NCBI GenBank assembly: GCA_964016885.1
Contig: OZ024743.1
Span: forward strand, 202,678,001 to 202,742,000
Length of the DNA: 64,000 nucleotides
Origin: Eledone cirrhosa
Lineage: Eukaryota
Direction of reading: 5' to 3'
Part shown: in pieces, positions 14,400 through 27,766 of the stretch
How the letters are laid out: the number at the start of each line of letters is the position of its first letter
Numbering within the stretch: position 1 is the stretch's first letter
Translations under genes and position numbers: made by a program
The notes under the pieces: generated by a model
What the model was told of the DNA's origin: nothing
Database searches by the model: none
The model's input: only the letters and a program-made list of their open reading frames with translations

Positions 14400-14414
14400 G
14401 TCTAGATCGTCCAT

Positions 14415-15832
14415 CAGACAGAGAGGGGGAAAAAGCACGAAGAAGGGAGGTCTTGAAGGGGTAGAGAGAAATGGGAAAGGGGGAGAGAGAAAGTGAGTGA
14501 AAAGAGGAGAAAGATGGCGAAAGGTGGGGAAATTTGGTGGGAAAAAAAGTTTCCTTCCGTTCCTACACACTCCTTTTTCATTTTACTCTCATATCTCCCC
14601 TTTTTCTTCTTACTCAACATCTTTCCACTTCTGCCTTCCCTTCCTCCTTTTCAACCCCTTATACACCCCTCTCACCTGCCTCACCTCGTCTTCTTCCGAT
14701 TTATCACTATCCTTTTTACTTTTGCTCTCCTTTTTCTCCTCGCTCTCCATTTTCTACTTGCTCTCCCATTCCACTTGGTTGCCTTTTTCTTTTTCCTCTC
14801 TTCCACGCTTTTCCCCAATTTCAACGCTTTCAAAGGCTTCACTATTCGCTCTCATTTTTCTCCTTGCTCTCCTTTTTTCTCCTTGCCCACCTTATTTTCC
14901 TTGCTCTCCCTTTTTTCTCATTGCTGTGCTTTTTTATCCTTGCTCTCCTTTTTTGTCCTTGCTCTCCTTTTTTTCTCCTTGCTCTCCATTCTCTCCTTTT
15001 TCTCAATTCTCCCTTTTTTCCACCTTGCTCTCCCTTTGCTCCTTACTCTCCTCTTTTTCGTTGCTCTCCTTTTTGTCCTTGCTTTTCTTTTCTGTACTTG
15101 CTCTCCGTTTTATCCTTGCATTCCTATTTTCGCCTGGCTCTCCCTTTTCACCCTTGCTCTCCTTTTTTCTCTTTGGTCTCCTTTATTCTCCTTGCTCTCC
15201 TTTTTCTCATTGCTCTTCTTTTTTCTTCTTTCTTTTCTTTTTTTTCCTTGCACTCCCTTTTTCCCCTTGCTCTCATTTTTCTCCTTGCTCCTCCTTTTTC
15301 TCCTTGTTCTCCTTTTTTCTCCTTGCTCCACTTTTTTGTCTATGCTCTCCTTTTCTCTCCCTGCTCTGCCTTTTCACCTTGCTCTCCGTTATTCATTGCT
15401 CTCGTTTTTTCTCATTGCTTTCCTTTTTGTCCTTGCTCTCCTTTTTCTCCTTTGTCTCAATTTTTCTCCTAGCTCTCATTTTCCTCCTTGCTCTCCTTTT
15501 TTCACATTGTTTCTCCTTGCTCTCTTTGATATCCTACGTCTCTTTACTTGTTCTCTTTGCTCTCCTTACTCTTACTACTCTGCACGTTCTCCTTACCCTA
15601 CTTGCCCTCATTCCTCCCTTTACTCTCACTGCTCTCCCTGCTCTCCCTGTTGACCTTTGATCTCCTTGCTCTCCTTTTCTCCGACTCCTTGCCCTCCTTT
15701 TTAGCTCTCCCTTTTCCCTCTGTCTTCTTCTTGCTCTCCATTTCTCTTGCTCTCCGTTTTCTCCTTGTTCTCCTTGCTCTCCTTGCTCTCCTTGTCCTCC
15801 TTCTTTTCTTCTTTCTCTCCTTTTTATTTTAC
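14415..15832. repeat. Degenerate CTTGCTCTCC(T)n minisatellite / polypyrimidine tract
   Basis: Dozens of CTTGCTCTCC units; explains the F/L/S-rich ORFs. Confidence 0.9.
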
Positions 15833-15989
15833 TAGTCTATCATTAGACATACATAACAACCAAGTATATAAAAGGAATATTTCTTTAAAAAATAACAAAT
15901 GGATAACTACCTGACTGATTGATTATAACATAATTAGAAAAGCATTACAAATATTTAAAAATGAAAAGGGAAGGGAAAGACAAGGTCTG

Positions 15990-16330
15990 TAGGGCCACAG
16001 AAGAATGGGAGGGGCATGGGGAGGGTGATGGACTCTGGATCTAGAGCGCCGCGGTATCGGGGCCTGCCCCGCCGAGAAAACCGCCAAAGCATTTCTGCGG
16101 ACAATGGCCAGCGGCACCGGCTGCAACAGCCACCCCAGTCGTGGGGCTCCTTCCTCTGACCCGCTGCTGACGTTCCGATCTTGCGGAGGAACTCGGCAGT
16201 ACGGTGTCCCATTACGGCTGAGGTCTCGACGGCGACCGGTGCGAAGAGGAATCGTCCGGACAATCCCCGTATTTGTTTGCTTCCTTTCCTTTTCATTGCT
16301 ATCCGCAGTATCCGGGTCTGCGGCCGAAGC
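15990..16330 (-). mobile_element. CRE-like (RLE) non-LTR retrotransposon 3' fragment
   Basis: FLFAPVAVETSAVMG and AIVRRNALAV, homologous to the C-terminus at 20533-20961. Confidence 0.7.
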
Positions 16331-16419
16331 GACTAAGTTAGAGTCGGAGAACGTGTCATAGCATGCGGCGTACCATTCCTTTCTTGATGAGTCGCAACTC
16401 TTTATTTTATTTTCTCATG

Positions 16420-16590
16420 CGTGAGGGTAGAGGATCGGACAACATGATTTACAGCATAGACTCACGTCCCTTTACGATATGTGTTCAAATCCGGCCAAGG
16501 TTAACTTTACCTTTCGTCCATACGGGGTCGATAATATAAAGCACTGGGATAAATGCTGGCCTTATGCAAAAAAAAAATAGAAACAATTAT
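16420..16590 (+). mobile_element. SINE (same family as 2310-2505)
   Basis: GTTCAAATCC B-box, GGGGTCGATAA body, GCTGGCCTT end. Confidence 0.75.
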
Positions 16591-17699
16591 TTTCTCATAC
16601 GTTTACTGATTCATTTCCTTTTCACTTCTATTTCTAAACCATATCTTTATATTTACTTATACTATCACCTCACACCCCAATCCTATCGTTGCACCTTCTT
16701 TGCTATTCTTCACCTATTGTACATCCATGATCGAATTAATGGTTCAATCCGTTTTTTTGATACATTAACATATCTCCTGTCCACTTTTTATCCCCGATGT
16801 TTCTCAGTGTATGTAAACAAACCAAGTTTTATTATCACTGCTATACATCAATCATGGAAGCGTCCATTCGTGCACAACCCCAGACACATCATACGCACTG
16901 ATTTGTTCATATTGTCCTTACTTTCTATTTTGTATCCTTATCTCTTTTATTCGTTTATATTCTTGAAATATGTTTTGATTTTCTTCGGAGTATTACTGCT
17001 GTACGGTGTGTATCTATATTAATTTCTGTTACTTTCTAGATCTCATCCCTGCTGGTTTACCTTTAATTTATTTATTTGTATATTTATTATATATTGATAT
17101 GTATTATTCATTATACTCTATCTCGAATCTCCGGCCACCATTACTACAAGTGTATATCTATAATATATTAATACTACATATTCCACTATGCTGTATCTAT
17201 GCATCAAATTTATACTTGTATATTTATATCTTGTATTATAATTTTCTTATATATGTAAACGTCAACTGTTTTATTATAATATAATAAATATTGATCAATC
17301 CGATACACATATTTTCCCGTTCCTTCAGCGACTCATATCTCAATGCCTTACATGTTATCTTTATATCCTATCCTTTATGTAATATGGATAACCATTCACT
17401 CTGATGGTGTGGCCTGGAAAAACCTGAACACAGAGCACAGTTGGCCAATTAAAATTTATATCGTCACAACTGGATAGTTAAATTGATCCTTGCGCGGCTT
17501 TAATGGCAATAAATCTATCTATAACACAGGCCGCATGATCTAGCGATAAATTTCATGCAAACTCTTCCTTTCCTAATCATACATGCATAAATTTGTTGTT
17601 GACTATATAATCGACGAATCACCACAGTAGGAATAGCGCCAGTGGCAAAAGAGGCAATCAACTATAATTAACATACGATTTCTTTTATTATTATCACTA

Positions 17700-18330
17700 T
17701 GGAGGTGGATTGACCGTATTGATAGAGGGTCGAACGCCATGCTTTGCAGCATAGAGTTACGGTGCTTTACGGTCTGAATTCAAATCCCGCCAAGTTTAAC
17801 TTTGCCTTTCAGCCTTACGGTGTCGACAAAATAAAGCACCAGTCATGTACTTACTGGCTTCGATTTAATCAACAACCCCGCCCCCTTCAAATTGCTGGCC
17901 TTGTGCCTCAAGTAGAAACAATTATTATCACTATGGAGATGGATTGGCAGTATCGGTAGAGGGTCGGACGCCATGCTTTGCAGCCCAGAGTTACGGTCCT
18001 TTATGGTCTGAATTCAAATCCCACGGAGTTTAACTTTGCCTTTTATTCTTACGAGGTCGATAAAATAAAGTACCAGTAATGCACTGGGATGATTGCTGGC
18101 CTTGTGCCAAAGGTAGAAACAATTATCATCACTATTAGACGGATGGTTATTGACAGTATCGGTAGAGTGTCGGACACTATGCTTCGTGACACAGAGTTAC
18201 GGCCCTTTACGTTCTTAGTTAAAGGTTAAGTTTGACATTCATCCTTACGGGATCGATGAAAAACAAAGCACTAGTAACGTATTGAGGTCGAATTAATTGC
18301 TGCCCTTGTGCCTAATTCAGAAACCGTTAT
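17700..18330 (+). mobile_element. Three SINEs in head-to-tail tandem (~17700-17930, 17935-18130, 18140-18330)
   Basis: Three successive A-box/B-box/body/GAAACAATTATT units. Confidence 0.85.
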
Positions 18331-18942
18331 CGATGGTTTTATTATTATCATTTTACTATGTGGTGTATTTTTTTATTTTTTATCTTTAATTTTATTTTAC
18401 TCTTATTTTTATTCCTTTTTATGGGATATTGAATAACAAGTTTACGAAATCCGATTTGTTGCTGTTGTTGTTACTGTTAGTTTTATTTGTATTGCCTATT
18501 TTGAGTAGTGACTGAATACCGAGATGTATAACTAATTCGCTAGTCTGGTGCTACCAACTGACATACCAACTGAGAAGTATGAGCTGATACACCGGACATA
18601 TTGGGATAGTTAAAGAAAAATGTAGGCTAATAGGAACCACATCTCTGATTAATGCCATGTTCGAGGTGAGCGGTTAAGAACCAACACATAAGCCCGCCAG
18701 CTAGTATATACGAACTTAGTTTATACAAGTAAGACAATGTTTATACAAGTAAGACTAAATGCCTGGTGAGATTACATAACATATACCATCAATTGCTCAA
18801 TTCTGTTTATACTAGTGTTTATTAATCTATACCTACAAAGAAATAACAGATTTATTATCATGGAATTACGATAATATTTAGGAGCGAATGTGTGTATGAG
18901 TGTATATATTTATGCACGTAAGCATATATATAAAACACAGAG

Positions 18943-18990
<48 letters not shown>

Positions 18991-19720
18991 TGAGAGAAAA
19001 AGAGAATGATAGGGAGAGTGACATACGGCAACGAAATAACAATATCATTTTTGCTCAGATCTGTACTCAGGTTTGAAATTGGCTTATATCATTTTATGAC
19101 AGAAAAACATCCTGCTAGATTTCAAAGCGATGTAATTATGTCGAGTGACAGCTAACAGATTCCATTTTAAATATTTTCCCATTTTACAATCAGAGTTTTC
19201 TGCTTCAAAAGACAAATTACTGAAATCGGATATTTTCGTGGAAAATAAAGTAGAGAAGCATAAAATATATTTAGGCAAAATGTAATAAAGCGTATGAAGT
19301 TACGCAAATATCAGTTTTGTATGGCATTTGTATGAGTAATACTAAGAATTTTATCCGCAGGATCTCCTTTGGGTAGTTATGCAACTGTCTAAAGCCCTTG
19401 ATATCAATTTATTAATATCGATTAGATGTAGATTGTAATATTTCTGGCAACTATCTTATATTTTATATCTAAACATTAAATGCAAAGCAGATCCAAAATC
19501 GTAATAAATTCCCAATCAGAAATAGAAAATTAATCTACAATAACTATATATATAAATAAATAAGAGTGTAGAAAATGAAAGAAGGAACAAAATAGGGCAT
19601 GTATCTTTACAAAATATTTTCATGGAAAACAGAAAACGCAAAAAAACGACAAAGCAAAATGGATTAGAGTATCGGAAGGAACGACTGCATGAACGAAAGT
19701 GGAACGACACAATCTATCTT

Positions 19721-19800
<80 letters not shown>

Positions 19801-19834
19801 ATAACTCACACACACACACACATATATATTTATA

Positions 19835-19910
<76 letters not shown>

Positions 19911-20040
19911 ATAACTCACACACACACACACACATATATATTTATATATATATATATATATATAGGTATGTATGTATATAATATACATATACATATACAT
20001 ACATATAGATATATACATTCATATATATATATATATATAT

Positions 20041-20945
20041 GTTTGACGACATAGGGTGGCAACAGGCCACTTTACCGGTCAGGTATGGCGGCCTAGGCCT
20101 CCTGTCCCCGATCTCACTAGCTTTGCCGGCGTATCTTTCGTCGGTAACCTCGTGCCGCGTCCTCGTCAGCATGGTTCTTCAAAACACAACAGAACCCTCT
20201 GTGTTCAGAAAAAGTGAAGCCGCCTGTGAGACGTGGGACCGGCTGGGACTTAGCCCAGTAGACGTCCCTCGTCCTTCTCCCCCTGTTGACTTTAAGTCCC
20301 CTCAACGCACTTGGGATGCCATCCAGTGCAACCTGGCCTCAGACAGTCTCACGCGCCAGCTCGACCAGTACCGCCTTGCTTGTTTTCGTGCGGCCTCCAA
20401 AACCCACAGTGGTGCTAGGTTCCATGCTCTACCCTCCTTCTCCTCTGGCAGGCAGCAAGCCTGCGAATCGGCGTTTCCCTGTGGCTCGGCCTCCGGATCT
20501 GCCAGCCACACCAATGTCGCTACGGTTCCACCGTGGACTGTTTCGGCCTCCACCCGCTTTCCTGTCGCCACAGTGCCTGCCGCATTCCACGCCATACTGC
20601 CCTCAACGAGGCCATTAAGCATGGCTTGTACGCTGCAGCCTTCCCTTCCCAGCTCGACCCGGTGGGGCTGGATCGAAGGGACGGCAAAAGGCCAGATGGC
20701 ATGACCATCTTCCCGTTCCGCGGTGGCAAACCTCTCGTCTGGGATGCCACTTGCACCGACACTTTCTGCAGCCGCAACCTGGTGCAGTCTGCGACTGACC
20801 CAGGTTCTGCTGCACGTCGAGCTGAGGGGGCCAAACTCCTCAAATACCGGTCGCTCTCCGACAGTTTTGCGGTCGTTCCCCTGGCAGTGGAGACTTCTGG
20901 TGTCCTCGGCCCCGGGGCTACCTCCTTACTCACCACCATCGCATA
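20041..20945 (+). mobile_element. CRE-like non-LTR retrotransposon fragment (thumb, Zn knuckle, RLE) inside (TA)n
   Basis: LPVRYGGLGL, GLHPLSC..RH, GKRPDGMTIFP..GKPLVWDATCTDT, PLAVETSG. Confidence 0.82.
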
Positions 20946-21078
20946 CCAATACATTAGTTAAATACCATTCGTTCATCTGATACAACACAATAAAGACAGT
21001 GTGAAGCTATAACATATACATACATACATATATATACACACACACACGCACATATATATATGTATATATATATATGTG

Positions 21079-21120
<42 letters not shown>

Positions 21121-21130
21121 TATATGTGTG

Positions 21131-21200
<70 letters not shown>

Positions 21201-21597
21201 TATATTCACTATGAAACATCAAGTCAAGAGTGATAATGAAAGCAAGGGACAACAACTAAATAACCGACAACATGAAGTAAATGCATCTGAATGCAGAAAA
21301 GTAGAATGTTATGAAATGTATTACATACGAACATAGAATGAGAGAGGAAAATAAAACGAACAAAACTATCAGCTAACACACAAAAGAAAATGTGTTGCGG
21401 CGCATGGTGTACGGTACGTAATATTATATGTAACTAGATGATGCTCCTTGTCTCCGACTTTTTGTTTAAGATATGTTTATACTTTGTTTAGTTATTATTG
21501 TGATCATTGGCTGTGTATGGTGTTTGTTGTTTGACGTTTATTCTTTATATCTCGGTTGGTTTTATTTATATTATTCATATGTATATATATATATGTC

Positions 21598-21636
<39 letters not shown>

Positions 21637-21703
21637 ATATACATATACATATATGTGTGTGTATATATATAAATATATATATATATGCATATATATGCAT
21701 ATA

Positions 21704-21768
<65 letters not shown>

Positions 21769-21853
21769 GTAGGTCCCGGGTTGAGTCGGGGATAACCACA
21801 GTAAGTAAGGTACTCAATACATGGCAGAGTAAAATTTTTTATTTTATAGAAGG

Positions 21854-21904
21854 AGCTTCTACAGGACTAGTACTGTTTCATTCAGATGAAATCTTCAGGA
21901 AGCT
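21854..21904 (-). ncRNA. Type I hammerhead ribozyme (family D)
   Basis: AGCTTC-CTGAAGA-TTTCATCTGAAT-GAAACAG tactagtc CTGTA^GAAGCT. Confidence 0.85.
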
Positions 21905-22570
21905 GGGTGTCATATTAAGTTCTGGTATTTATACATTTAGGTAGTGGTAAGGGAGGGGTGGTGGATGGGGGGGGGTATTTAGATACACAGGACCACTTCA
22001 TGGCACAGGCCGTTTTTTCTATGGGGAGTGGTCAATTAGCCAGAGTGCTTTTTTGAAATAAATAAATAAGTAAATAGATAAATAAATGAATAAATAAATA
22101 GATAAATGAATAAATAAATAAAATAAATAAAGAAATAAATAAAAACCCCAAGAATAGTAATTCAACAGATATATAGTAGGGAAATTTTTTGGGTGGGTTG
22201 GTAATAGAAATTAAACATTTAACAAGACCGAATCATGGCACAGACTGGGGTGAGTGGTCAAGTTAACACACAAGCCAGAGGTGGCCAGAGTGTTTTAGTA
22301 GGATGGAAAGAATAAAATATATTTACATACTCACAACCACATACAAAAACACTTACACACACACATACATTTATTTATTTATTTATTTATTTATTTACTT
22401 ATTTATTTATTTCAAAAAACACACTGGCTAATTGACCACTCCCCATAGAAAAAACGGCCTGTGCCATGAAGTGGTCCTGTGTATCTAAATACCCCCCCCC
22501 CCCCCCCCTACCACAACCCCTCCCTTGCCACTACCTAAATGTATAAATACCAGAACTTAATATGACACCC

Positions 22571-22621
22571 AGCTTCGTGAAGATTTCATCTGAATGAAAC
22601 AGTACTAGTCCTGTAGAAGCT
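22571..22621 (+). ncRNA. Family D hammerhead with C3->G (likely inactive)
   Basis: AGCTTC-GTGAAGA-...-GAAACAG...CTGTA-GAAGCT. Confidence 0.7.
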
Positions 22622-22629
22622 CCTTCTAT

Positions 22630-22679
<50 letters not shown>

Positions 22680-22739
22680 ATTATTTATTATATATATATA
22701 TATTATATATATATATTATTTATTATATATATATCTCTA

Positions 22740-25700
22740 TCTATCTAAGGCGGGTAAAATTCCCGAGATCCATGGACGAGTTCTCTCCAGCGGTCTCTGT
22801 CCCTCATTATCGCTGCCATATCCTGCATCTCCAACAGACCAGTGTCTGTCCTTAGGGCATCAACATATGTTAACCTTGGTCTTCCTCTTCTAGTGTGTCC
22901 ATGTAGGGGCTCCCAAAGGAGCACTGAGTGCAATGTCAACTCTGGATGTCGGTGAGCATGTCCAGCCAAACTCAGTCTTCTCTGTGTCACTTTTGAGCTG
23001 ACTTTTGGGATGCTCCCATACAGCTCTGAGTTTTTCATCCTCAGTGTATACTGATTAATGTTCAGAGCCATCCTCAGCATTCTCGTGTAGCACCCATCCA
23101 CCATCTGAGTGAGTCTCTTGGTCAGTGTCCAAGTCTCAGACCCACACAGCAGCACAGACTCCACTACAGCAATGAAGAGGCGGACCTTCAGGTCTCTACG
23201 AAGGTCCGACTTCCACACCGATCCCAAGCTGTGACACGCCGTCCAGGCCTTGCTCTTCCTCTCAACCACATCATCTTCCGTATTCCCAATCTTTGCTCCC
23301 AAATACAGGAAGTCCTCAACCAATTCCAGCGGCTTCCCGCCTACATTAGTGATCTCCTCTGGCTTCTCAACATTCTCTACCATATATTTTGTTTTAGTCT
23401 CATTCATTCTCAGCCCCACACTCATCGACACAGTCTCAACCTCCCGCATCAAATCCTCTGCCTCCTTCACTGTATTTGTCACCAAAACTATGTCGTCGGC
23501 AAATTCAGCATCCGATACCTTTTTCGCCCCAACTCTCCTGCTCTGAGCCGGTGCTACAGTAAAGCCAGAGTCCTGGTGTTTCTCCAGTGCAAGGCGCATA
23601 CAATAGTCCACTACGATGATAAAAAGGTAGGGAGCCAATGTATCTCCCTGGAGCACTCTAGCCAGTATCTCAAAGAACTCTGTTCTCCCATCAGGTGTAA
23701 TGACTTGGGCTTTGTTGTTGGTGTAAAGCAGTGATATCAGGTCCACTATCCTCTTGGGGATTCCATAAGCCTGTAAGATCTTCATCAGGCAGTAACGGTC
23801 CACAGAATCAAAGGCCTTCCTAAAGTCAATGAAAACCATGACCGCAGGAAGGCACTTTGCTCTAGCTCCCTCTAATATCCTCCTCAGCATCAGGATGTGA
23901 CTGGTGGTTGATCTACCCTCTCTGAAGCCGTTCTGGTTGTCCCTGAGCTTCTTCTCCATCTCAGGCTGGATCCTGTTAAGAATCATCCTGTTGAGGGTCT
24001 TTGCCACAAGTGACGTCAGTGAGATCCCCCGGTAGTTGTTGGTGTTAGAGAGATCTCCCTTCTTTGGCACTGGGACGATGTTACTGATCCTCCACTGATT
24101 CGGGGCAACTCCTTTCTCCAGTGCCCCGTTTAGGAACCCCAGGATGATATCATCAAAATCACACCTCTTCATCACCTCTGATGCCACTCCATCTTCTCCA
24201 TGAGCCTTGCCCTCCTTGATCTTCTTCTTGGCTCTCTGAAGCTCCTCTCTGGTGAAGGGCTCTGTCTCAACATCCAGTTCCCCAAACAGCCGCCTGATCT
24301 CCCCAGTGCTCTGGGCTGTGGAGGGTGGCTCTCCTAGTAGGGTCCTAAAATGGTCTAGCCATTTCCTCTTCCTATCCTCGGGCCCCGTTCCCTGGATCTG
24401 ACTCGAACACCTTTTCTTCCTCCCTGTAATCTCGTTGATGATCATCCAGCTCTCCTTACATCCAGATCTGTCAACCGCTCTCTCCACACTTCTGATCTTC
24501 TCTATCAGTGCCTCCTCTCTGACCTCAGTGTAAGCGGTACAGAGCTCTTCCCTCATCACCCCCACAGTCTCCATCCTCTCCTCCGTAGGATCAGCATAGA
24601 ATTGGTCCCTGGCAGCTTTCAGGTGTTCTCTGGCTGCACACACTTTTGGGTTTGCAGAGCTGACGTGCTTCCCTTTGTTCTTTTTCCTCGGCACCAGGGT
24701 TTCACTTGCTTCCGCAACTGCATTGGTGAAGTGCCCGTACCTCCTCGTCACACTCTCCTCAGTCCATCCAATCTCTCTCTCCTCTGACTCTCCACACAGA
24801 GCACTAAACCTGTTTCTCACTTCCACTGTGAACCTCTCCTGTGGCTTATCATCTTCCTTGAAAGCTCCCCAGTCATAGATTGTTCCCCGGGGCTGAGCCT
24901 TGCTCTTTCTTAAGCTCACGCGGACCTCACTCATAACAAGCCGGTGGTCACTACCCAGTGTACTGAAATAGCTGTATGGTTCCGTGTTCAGAACACTATT
25001 CCGCCAATTTTCCTCACCAGAATGAAATCAATCTGGGACTTGGACAGGTGCATATCTGAGATGTAGGTCCACATCTTCCCCAGATTCTTCCTAAACCTTA
25101 GGTTGGTCGCCATCAAGTTCGCCTCCAGCAGGGTGTCTCTCAGTAGTCTTCCATTTCGGTTGGTGTTGTTATGGAAGTACCAGCAAGGATCTTCACTGCC
25201 CTCCTTACTCAGATGTACATTGAAGTCCCCCAAAACAAGCAGGATATTGTGTGCCTGAGTGGTGTTGACAGCTCTACACACCTCCTCATGGAACTCCTCG
25301 GCATTCACATCACTGTCCCCCTCGGTTGGACTATAGGCTGAGATGACTGTCAGCCTTGGGTTTCCATTGAAGGTCACCCTCAACACTCGCGGGGAGATAG
25401 GCATTTTTTCCCTCACCAACAGATTGGTTTTTGCACTGAACACAAAACCCACTCCTCCTACTGCAGCATTTGTTGTGTTCTTCACTGCCGATGTAGTGAT
25501 GAGCTGGCTCTTCCTCCCGATCATCACACTCCTCACGGGCTCATCGTGTAGAATCCTGTGTTCTTGGATCGCAAGTATCTGTATACAACTCTCCTCGAAC
25601 AGATGTCCCAACTCCTCTCTCTTCTCCAGCGTTCGAATAGTCCTCACATTCAAAGTGCCCATTTTGATGGCTCTTCTGCAGGACAAAACTGCATTCTTTA

Positions 25701-26052
25701 CATTTGTCTCAGAGACAGCTGATCCATCATCCACTGGCCCTCTCTGTGGCTCTAAGCCAGCAGAGTCATAACGACCAGGCTGCTCCTTGACAGTGTAATT
25801 AGGGGCTCTAACCCTAGTGCTGTTAGATCGACTCTCCATATTTCTTTTCAATGGCTGACAATACTTTACCGGCGCCACTCGAATAAGGTAGTTATTTAAC
25901 CCATAAATGGAGCCCTAACAGGTACTACCACCCCGGGCCAGGGCAGACCTGGGAGTCATGACAACTAAGGGGTAACTCCACATTCCCCACATCTCCTGAA
26001 CTCCCGAACTGGAGCCTTGCCACTGGATGTAGTTTAATGTCATACCCAGGAC
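22740..26052 (-). mobile_element. Near full-length RTE-like LINE (APE + RT)
   Basis: APE motifs GTLNVRT, IQEHR, AYSPT, GDFNVH, QIDFIL; RT motifs KKGDLS..NYRGISL, DFRKAFDSV, QGDTLAPYLF, FADD, FLYLG; RRGRP C-terminus; ~170-nt 5' UTR; microsatellite flanks. Confidence 0.92.
22745..25878 (-). pseudogene. RTE-like endonuclease-reverse transcriptase ORF split near 24990
   Basis: ORFs 24988-25878 (APE) and 22745-24934 (RT) are colinear and apparently separated by a single frameshift. Confidence 0.85.
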
Positions 26053-26111
26053 ATATATATATATATAATAAATAAACCAATATACACACACACACAGACA
26101 CAGACATATAT

Positions 26112-26142
<31 letters not shown>

Positions 26143-26453
26143 TTAATATATTTATATTTGTTTATTTATTTATTGGCTTCTGTAACTATTATTTCGATCG
26201 CTTGGTATTACTTGATAGAAAGAAAATGAATCAACATGTAAGTCTCAACAAAAGTGGTTGACAATTCAAAACGTTCATTGTTGAAAAGAGAAAAAATGTA
26301 TCAAAGAATCTAAACCTGAAATAAAACAAGAGTTTTTATTATTTATTTTTGCACAGCATTCCTTCATGTATTTACTATGGTTATTTTTATATAGGTTTTA
26401 GATGTTGCTGATGCTGTTATTGTTGCATCATCGATATTTTGTTACATTGATGC

Positions 26454-26502
<49 letters not shown>

Positions 26503-26558
26503 CACGCCCCCCCCCCCCACCCACACACGCACACACACACGCACACACACACACACAC

Positions 26559-26682
<124 letters not shown>

Positions 26683-27214
26683 GAATACATGTATATGTAT
26701 GTGTGTGTGTGTATCTGTGATGAAAGTAAAAATGACTGATGAACTGCGTTACTGATATTATGAGGTCTCTTTGTTTTGTTGGAGTTGTTGCTGTATCTGT
26801 TGTTTATGTTCTGGTTTCTCTGTATTGTATTTTTAGTTTTCCTTATTTGTTATTTATATCTCACGATATTTTTTTTTTTTTTCCTTATTTCATGTTGTAT
26901 TTTTGTTACAAATACCGGTGATGAGCGATGAGCAAGATAACAAGCCAAAGCAATTACGGTCAATGACGAAACACTGATAAAACATAGTCAACACTGGCAA
27001 CTGTCAACTGATAACATAGTAGCGTTTTCTTTGTGAAGTTGTTTCTTTTTTTTTTCCTTCATTACTCATTCATGTTTCCTCGACATATATTCTGTAGGAT
27101 ATATCGAAGAAACAGTTTAACTTACAAAATGACTGGCTGGCAGGTAAAATAGGCATGCAAAATTCATGATCACAAATGTACACACACACATATATATACT
27201 TGCATACTTATTAA

Positions 27215-27401
<187 letters not shown>

Positions 27402-27457
27402 TTATTAAATATGTTATGATGCAACACTGAATCCTTGCTCTTTATCCTTATAGTATA

Positions 27458-27499
<42 letters not shown>

Positions 27500-27502
<3 letters not shown>

Positions 27503-27691
27503 TTAATATAGATGAGATTCTACAGGACTAGAACTGTTTCATTCATTTGAAATCATCAGGAATCCTGATGATTTCAAATGAATGAAACAGTTCTAGTCCT
27601 GTAGAATCTCATCTATATTAAAACTGTTATACTCTGCTATGTATTGAGTACCTTACTTACTGTGGTTACCTCCGATTCAACCCGGAATAAC

Positions 27692-27692
<1 letters not shown>
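27500..27692. mobile_element. Perfect-palindrome PLE mini-insertion, family D
   Basis: 62-bp perfect arms 27500-27561 and 27563-27624 with a 1-nt spacer, plus tail to 27692; (TA)n flanks. Confidence 0.9.
27516..27564 (-). ncRNA. Type I hammerhead ribozyme (family D)
   Basis: GATTC-CTGATGA-TTTCAAATGAAT-GAAACAG ttctagtc CTGTA^GAATC. The + strand copy (27563-27608) has the same core but a clipped stem I. Confidence 0.85.

Positions 27693-27766
<74 letters not shown>

Larger units (their letters stand above)
21769..22634. mobile_element. Fold-back PLE 3' ends, family D
   Basis: Inverted arms ~21840-22075 and 22385-22634; (TA)n flanks; left arm has an extra tail 21769-21840 that matches 27625-27692. 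Confidence 0.85.

Noticed and set aside
14493-15660. Three overlapping 312-387-aa hydrophobic ORFs
   Set aside because: Open in all three frames because the CT-rich minisatellite lacks stops; not a membrane protein gene
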